Assembly: GCA_963662435.1 (NCBI GenBank)
Contig: OY759598.1
Location: 900,507-964,506 of the forward strand
Source: Dehalococcoidia bacterium
GTDB lineage: Bacteria; Chloroflexota; Dehalococcoidia; Lucifugimonadales; VXLM01
Direction: 5' to 3'
Length of the DNA stretch: 64,000 nt
Below, piece by piece: positions 59,701 to 64,000 of this stretch; the first letter of the stretch is position 1; each line of letters opens with the position of its first letter. A model generated the notes under the pieces. The model ran no database searches, was not told the origin of the DNA, and saw nothing but the letters and a program-made list of their open reading frames with translations. A program made the translations under genes and the position numbers.

Positions 59701-60270
59701 GATGAATGCCTCATTTGATCCAAGGGACTGTACGTCCGCATCACCTCCTGAGGCTAGTTTCAGGGCTCCGAAGCCCGAGAGCTGGGCGGGAACGATGCCC
59801 AGGAGGTTAAGCTGTCCCTCGCTGAGGTTTTCGGCCGGATTTACCGCAGGCACATTTTCGGTGAACTGTGGCATGATTCCGTCAATGCGGTCGTCACCCT
59901 CAAGTTCGGAACGAAGCTCCTCGTAGCGCTCCATGGAAATGAACGACTGGCCGAAGCGGTCTCCCTCCTGAGCGCGCGCGGAGATGATGATCTCGTCGAT
60001 GGTGCCGAGGCCGTTGATACCGATATCTCGAATGGAGTAGGAGAGGGTGTCAGCGGTGCCGAAGGCTGCTGAGATGATGATCGTACTGAGCATAACGCCG
60101 ATGATGATGAGGGCCGTCATGCCGGGTCGCCGGGAAATGGGACGTATTCCCAGCTTGAGCATGACCGGGTTGCGCAAGGCCATGCCAATTACGATCAGCA
60201 TAGTCACAAGGAAGATCGCGGAGAGGATGATCATCAACGTGGGCAGCGGGACGCCGAACAGCTTTTCCAT
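56779..60270 (-). CDS. Large FtsX/MacB-like ABC permease
   Basis: Duplicated FtsX blocks (RKSEMGMARAVGA, ERRQQIGMLRAVG) and C-terminal PAEALRYE. Confidence 0.9.
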   Translation of the reverse strand: MEKLFGVPLPTLMIILSAIFLVTMLIVIGMALRNPVMLKLGIRPISRRPGMTALIIIGVMLSTIIISAAFGTADTLSYSIRDIGINGLGTIDEIIISARAQEGDRFGQSFISMERYEELRSELEGDDRIDGIMPQFTENVPAVNPAENLSEGQLNLLGIVPAQLSGFGALKLASGGDADVQSLGSNEAFINEDVSEELELQAGGQLEVYVEDSAIQFNVAGVLEDGGFAGISPTMIISLERAQEIFGRTGQITSIVISNRGDNLTGNELSDEVTKDLRVRFADRETASRLKDLLNDEVFLKALELERDTAVDTDLKERLTKLHTGILAPGLTDDLIDALADAEVSDEVQDILDSDELRDIQREASTLFSELAEMYVLDIKNDILRGAEQAGTAISVFFLTFSTFSIASGILLIFLIFVLLAGARKSEMGMARAVGAKRRNLIEMFVFEGTAYALVSAAIGVLLGLAVGALMVGTLNSIFSSFDDNFTLQLHFTLPTIVVSYCLGMIITFATVGISAYRVSHLNIVAAVRNLPESLVPATPPGFLSRLLDVVKGIFRPFLFFWRALRYLIRRDYVPAVLHVTFALLWFTMVLWVADILVQLFKLVWPYLLQGWLLFFIGAGLTIASAVVEPLQLASLFGGGVSLALAGMGLSARAFLARGDMVPALRDRIVFTTTGIAILVFWALPRGVLERLLGDIVNDLRGDVDIMFVSGIAMVGAAVWTVMYNADLILHGLHFVTSRLRQFRPVLVTAIAYPLNSKFRTGLTLAMFALVIFTLTVMSVLTDTFSTQFVESRVASGGWDIQGSVNFTTPIEDIHSEIDTIESIDASQFEAIGGYTAFGVQVREVEAEDQDWNNVRFVAADDGYLEASRYEFKLIADGFGSSTDDVFEAMRNDPGLVVIGGSLLNDTQGEQGQQISRVFHEVGYDDDSMSPIEIEVREPNTRSIMNLTVIGVVDRIHDTGFSLGMIGSKSAADEVAPFPIPITTYRFRVADLDESKELARNIEKAFLHNGMQTDVLEELLNEQLAALKGFFRLFTGFMALGLFVGIAALGVVSTRAVVERRQQIGMLRAVGYRKGMIQLSFLIESSFVAVLGIVIGTVLGLVLSYNAVLDIRDEEGLDTIRYAIPWIQMIVILGVTYFFSLLATYIPARQASKVYPAEALRYE

Positions 60271-60396
60271 CAGACACCTCGATGCCGTCGGGGCGGCGAG
60301 TCGATAACTTGCGTGTAATTGATACTAGGTATTACGCCCATTTCGGGCACGTCTTTTGGTACTGGTGTGTGGAAGGTGAGCATCAGAGGCTCGGTG

Positions 60397-61143
60397 CTAG
60401 GTGGCGGAGGTTGCGGGCTCCGGCGCCCTTCCGCCCAGACCGTCGTCAGTCACCAGTCCGTCTCGCATGGATACGATGCGGTCGGCGATCTCACCGACCT
60501 CGCGGGAGTGCGTGACGATGACGAAGGTCTCGCCGCTGTCCTTGTTGAGTTGGATCATCAGGTCCATGACCTCTTGAGCAGTTTCGCTGTCGAGGTCGCC
60601 CGTAGGTTCGTCCGCCCAGACGATGGCCGGACGGTTGACAAGTGCCCGGGCGATTGTGACTCTCTGGCGCTGGCCTCCAGAGAGCTCGGCCGGAAGGTGG
60701 TCAGCTCGGTCTGCCAGGCCAACCTGATCGAGGAGTTCCAACGAGCGTCGCCGAGCCTCCTTGGAGCTGATGCCGGATACAAGCAGGGGCATTTCAACGT
60801 TTTCCGCGGCGCTCAGGACAGGCAGAAGGTTGTACAACTGGAACACGAAACCCATGCGGCGGGCGCGGTAGTCGCTGCGCTCGTCGTCGGGAAGGTCGTG
60901 GATGACCTGGTTCTCGACGATGACCGAGCCGGAATCGATGTCGTCCAAGCCGGAAAGGCAGTTCAAGGTAGTGGTCTTGCCGCAGCCGCTCGGCCCCATG
61001 ATGGCGACCATTTCGCCCCGTTTGACCTTGAGGTCGATGCCGCGGAGGGCAGGGACGGTGACCTTGCCGGTGCTGTAAGTCTTATGGACTGCGGTCGCGT
61101 CGACGATGTATCCGTTCTCTTCAGTCATCCGGGAGATCTCCAT
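60397..61143 (-). CDS. ABC transporter ATP-binding protein (LolD/MacB-like)
   Basis: [17 protein letters not shown] and DEPTGDLD; start could be 61128. Confidence 0.93.
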   Translation of the reverse strand: MEISRMTEENGYIVDATAVHKTYSTGKVTVPALRGIDLKVKRGEMVAIMGPSGCGKTTTLNCLSGLDDIDSGSVIVENQVIHDLPDDERSDYRARRMGFVFQLYNLLPVLSAAENVEMPLLVSGISSKEARRRSLELLDQVGLADRADHLPAELSGGQRQRVTIARALVNRPAIVWADEPTGDLDSETAQEVMDLMIQLNKDSGETFVIVTHSREVGEIADRIVSMRDGLVTDDGLGGRAPEPATSAT

Positions 61144-61189
61144 CTAGAACTATCTAGTTTTCTGTCATTCGATCTGCACGCCAACACAG

Positions 61190-61218
61190 AGTGTACGCCT
61201 CAAGAGGGGGAGAGTCAA
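61190..61218 (-). promoter_or_regulatory. Sigma70-type promoter for ABC ATPase/permease
   Basis: TTGACT-17 nt-TACACT on the minus strand. Confidence 0.55.
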
Positions 61219-61792
61219 GTAATTACGTACTAGAGACATAGTCGCATTACGAATTACAAAGACTGCGCCAAGTATTAGGATAACGAAGGACTGTATCTAG
61301 GGGTGATCACCAGGTTGCGTGGACATTTCCGTTTATTCCGCTTCTCTCTGTCATTCCGAGCGAGGCGAGGAATCTGAAATCTGTGTCTGTGCGACGATTT
61401 TGGATTCTTCATTCCACCCCGCTACGTTCAGAATGACAGAATGTCAACACAACCTAGTCAATAGGTCAAATGAATTCGCCGAGCATTGAGAGGCGCCGCC
61501 GCAATTTTGCTGGAGTCCCTTCCCTGAAACTCCACTCCGGAAGGCTGAAAGGCGTAGACACTTGCCCTCATCCCAGCTCTCTCCCGCGAACGGGAGAGGG
61601 GGTCGACATTCACCAGAACGCAACTCCGGCCCTGTCATTCTGAGCGGAGCAGGAGGGGCGATTCGCGAATCGCCCCTACGGGAGATTGGAAGAGGGTTAT
61701 TCTCAGAGGAATGCTTGGCAAGGGGGCAGAGTTCATAGCCACAGGCCCGTTTAACCCTGTCAAGGTGAACAGGGGAGCACTGGGACGCCTTC

Positions 61793-62887
61793 TTAGTTCT
61801 GCGGATACAGCCGCTCGAGATTTCCCCCGAGGACCAGTGCCCTTTCGGCCTCGCTCAGGAAATCGCATTGAGTCTGGAAGAGTACGAGCGACTGTTTGTA
61901 GGTAACTGTGCGTTCACATGCGGGCATGTCCGAACCCCAGACGAGACTCTCGGCTCCCACCGTATCGACCAGTTGGCGTACGACCTCGTGGATCTCGGGG
62001 TTGTAGGGCGGGAACTCGTAGTCGGAAGCCATAATGTGGAGCATGAGTTCAACGTGCCAATTTGGCATCTTTAGAAGGTCGAAGGTGCTCTGTGAGACTT
62101 CGTACCGGCCGGGCTTACCGCGAAGCGTGCTGATCTGGTTGAGTCCGTGCGTCAGCACACATGGGATGGTTGGATGGTTGTTCGCCCACACGAGTATGTC
62201 GTCGAGCTCGCGAAAGTACGCCTCCGTGATGTTGGAGCGGTATTCTCCGGCATACCAGTGAATGGGGATGCCGAGACCGGCAACAGCGTCCCAGAGCGGT
62301 TCGAACTCAGGGTCGTTGACGTTGTTGGCGAAGTCGGTGTGGACGAAGCCGCCCGTGGAGAAGTACAGACCCCGTAAGCCCAAGTCCGTCACCTCATGTC
62401 TCAGGCGTTCGATCTGGTCGGGTTCGCCGGCCCGCCACTCGTCTACTTGCGCCAGAGCTACGAAACGGTCGGGGTACCTTTGCACACAGTCCGAAAGGTA
62501 GTCATCGAGCTTTCCATAGATGCGGTCGTGCTGGATGACGGCGCGGTCCACACCGACGTAGTTCATTTGAGCGATCATGTACTCTGGCGAAGAGGACATG
62601 TCCAAGAGTGTTGGCGGCATCCATTGGGTGTAGAAGTCCTCGTTGTTGACAGTGAACTCCACGCGTCCGAAGTCGCCGATTCGAAAGTCCACGTCGGGCT
62701 GGAAGGAGACTCCGTCCTTTTCACCGGCGAGGAGATATCCTTCAACGGGCATGTCGTCACGAGTGCGGCGTATTCCCTGCCTGTGAAAGCGGACGTGGTA
62801 CTGGTGCTCGGCGAGTCTGGTCTTCATGCTTCCCCGGTCCATTCCGAGGGGAGGAAAGCAGTGTGCGTGAGCGTCGAATACGGTCAT
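61793..62887 (-). CDS. Amidohydrolase_2-family metallohydrolase
   Basis: DAHAH, LGIPIHW, LTHG and WGSDMP. Confidence 0.85.
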   Translation of the reverse strand: MTVFDAHAHCFPPLGMDRGSMKTRLAEHQYHVRFHRQGIRRTRDDMPVEGYLLAGEKDGVSFQPDVDFRIGDFGRVEFTVNNEDFYTQWMPPTLLDMSSSPEYMIAQMNYVGVDRAVIQHDRIYGKLDDYLSDCVQRYPDRFVALAQVDEWRAGEPDQIERLRHEVTDLGLRGLYFSTGGFVHTDFANNVNDPEFEPLWDAVAGLGIPIHWYAGEYRSNITEAYFRELDDILVWANNHPTIPCVLTHGLNQISTLRGKPGRYEVSQSTFDLLKMPNWHVELMLHIMASDYEFPPYNPEIHEVVRQLVDTVGAESLVWGSDMPACERTVTYKQSLVLFQTQCDFLSEAERALVLGGNLERLYPQN

Positions 62888-63023
62888 AGTTTCGTCTCCC
62901 GAGGGTAGTGAGCCGCCTCAGTGTAGGACTCGGGGCCAGTCCGGTCAAACGGCTGTCGTGACACCATTTGCGCACCCTGCTATTATAGCGCGCACCAACA
63001 GCCAGGACTTTGGAGGTCTCATC

Positions 63024-64000
63024 GTGGCGACGACAACGACCGGAATCGAGAAGGATACGCTGCTCTGGATGTACAAGACGATGGTGACCATCCGCAGGTT
63101 CGAGGAGCAGTCAAAGCGTGAGGCAGACGCGGGCAAATTGCGCGGCATGCACTCCTCCATCGGACAGGAAGCGGTGCCCGTGGGAGTTTGCGCCCACCTT
63201 CGTGACGACGACTATGTGCTGGGAACGCATCGCAGCCATCACCACTGCATCGCCAAGGGGCTCGATCTCAAGCAGATGATGGCCGAGTTGCTCGGCAAGT
63301 CGACAGGGACGAACAAGGGTAAGGGCGGGACGATGCATATTGCTGACATTGACAAGGGAATGCTCGGCGCGAACGGGGTGGTAGGGTCAAACATCCCCGT
63401 TGCGACAGGCGTGGGGCTCAGCGCCAAGGTTCGAGGGACGGACCAAGTCTCGGTGGTGTTCTTCGGAGACGGCGCGGCCAACCAGGGGACCCTTCACGAG
63501 GCCATGAATCTCGCGGGCATCTGGAAGCTGCCGGTCATCTTCGTATGTGAGAACAACCGATACGCGGAGTCGACTCCGGTCGAGTATTCGGTGGCGGGCG
63601 ATTCGATTGCGGCGAGGGCCGAAGGCTACAACATGCCGAGCATCATCGCGGACGGCCAGTCGGTGCTCGAGATGTACGAGATCGGAGGCGAAGCTGTTGC
63701 CCGAGCCCGCGCGGGCGCCGGACCGACGTTCATCGAGGCGCAGACGTATCGCTATCACGGACACTTCGGGGCGGACGATCCGCTCGCGTACCGGACACAG
63801 GAGGAAGAGGACTACTACGAGGCCCGCGACTGCATCAACGCGATGGTGTCGTACCTGGTCGAGAACGATGTGGCATCGCAGGCAGAGATCGATGCAATCG
63901 ACAGCGTGGCGCTCGCGGACGTGGAGGAGTCAATCAAGTTCGCGGACGAGAGTCCCTTCCCTGACGACGGAGAGTTGACCACCGACGTCTATATTAGCTA
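63024..64000 (+). CDS. ThDP-dependent 2-oxoacid/acetoin dehydrogenase E1 alpha subunit (runs to window edge; absent from ORF track)
   Basis: GGAGG RBS then GTG: MATTTTGIEKDTLLWMYKTMVTIRRFEEQ...HSSIGQEA...GKGGTMH...FFGDGAANQG...ENNRYA...YRYHGH. Confidence 0.92.
   Translation, partial: MATTTTGIEKDTLLWMYKTMVTIRRFEEQSKREADAGKLRGMHSSIGQEAVPVGVCAHLRDDDYVLGTHRSHHHCIAKGLDLKQMMAELLGKSTGTNKGKGGTMHIADIDKGMLGANGVVGSNIPVATGVGLSAKVRGTDQVSVVFFGDGAANQGTLHEAMNLAGIWKLPVIFVCENNRYAESTPVEYSVAGDSIAARAEGYNMPSIIADGQSVLEMYEIGGEAVARARAGAGPTFIEAQTYRYHGHFGADDPLAYRTQEEEDYYEARDCINAMVSYLVENDVASQAEIDAIDSVALADVEESIKFADESPFPDDGELTTDVYIS

Overview
GC-rich bacterial chromosomal segment. Gene content and style suggest Chloroflexota/Dehalococcoidia, possibly SAR202-like (inference). 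It carries an 11-subunit complex I operon (nuoABCDHIJK-orf-LMN, no nuoEFG) followed by NAD kinase and a Nudix hydrolase. It also has groES-groEL with a variant CIRCE, an NfeD-flotillin pair, three MFS and two FtsX-type ABC transporters, a sensorless kinase-receiver-wHTH fusion, and many catabolic enzymes (two ThDP enzymes, RraA-like protein, sulfatase, dipeptidase, hydantoinase A/B, CoA-transferase/ligase/acyl-CoA dehydrogenase, Leu dehydrogenase, amidohydrolase, partial E1-alpha). The strongest unannotated signal is a probable selenoprotein missed by the ORF track: an ArsC/Spx-family protein with an in-frame UGA in a U-x-x-C motif and a SECIS-like hairpin, at the end of a thrC-like/MoaD-like sulfur-carrier gene run. 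The second is an intergenic array of about 8 imperfect 123-bp tandem repeats, split by a segment containing a 141-bp MITE with a TAA target duplication. Several families of short palindromic (REP-like) repeats occupy intergenic regions. I saw no rRNA, tRNA, CRISPR array or transposase gene. All calls are from reading motifs by eye; no database searches were run.
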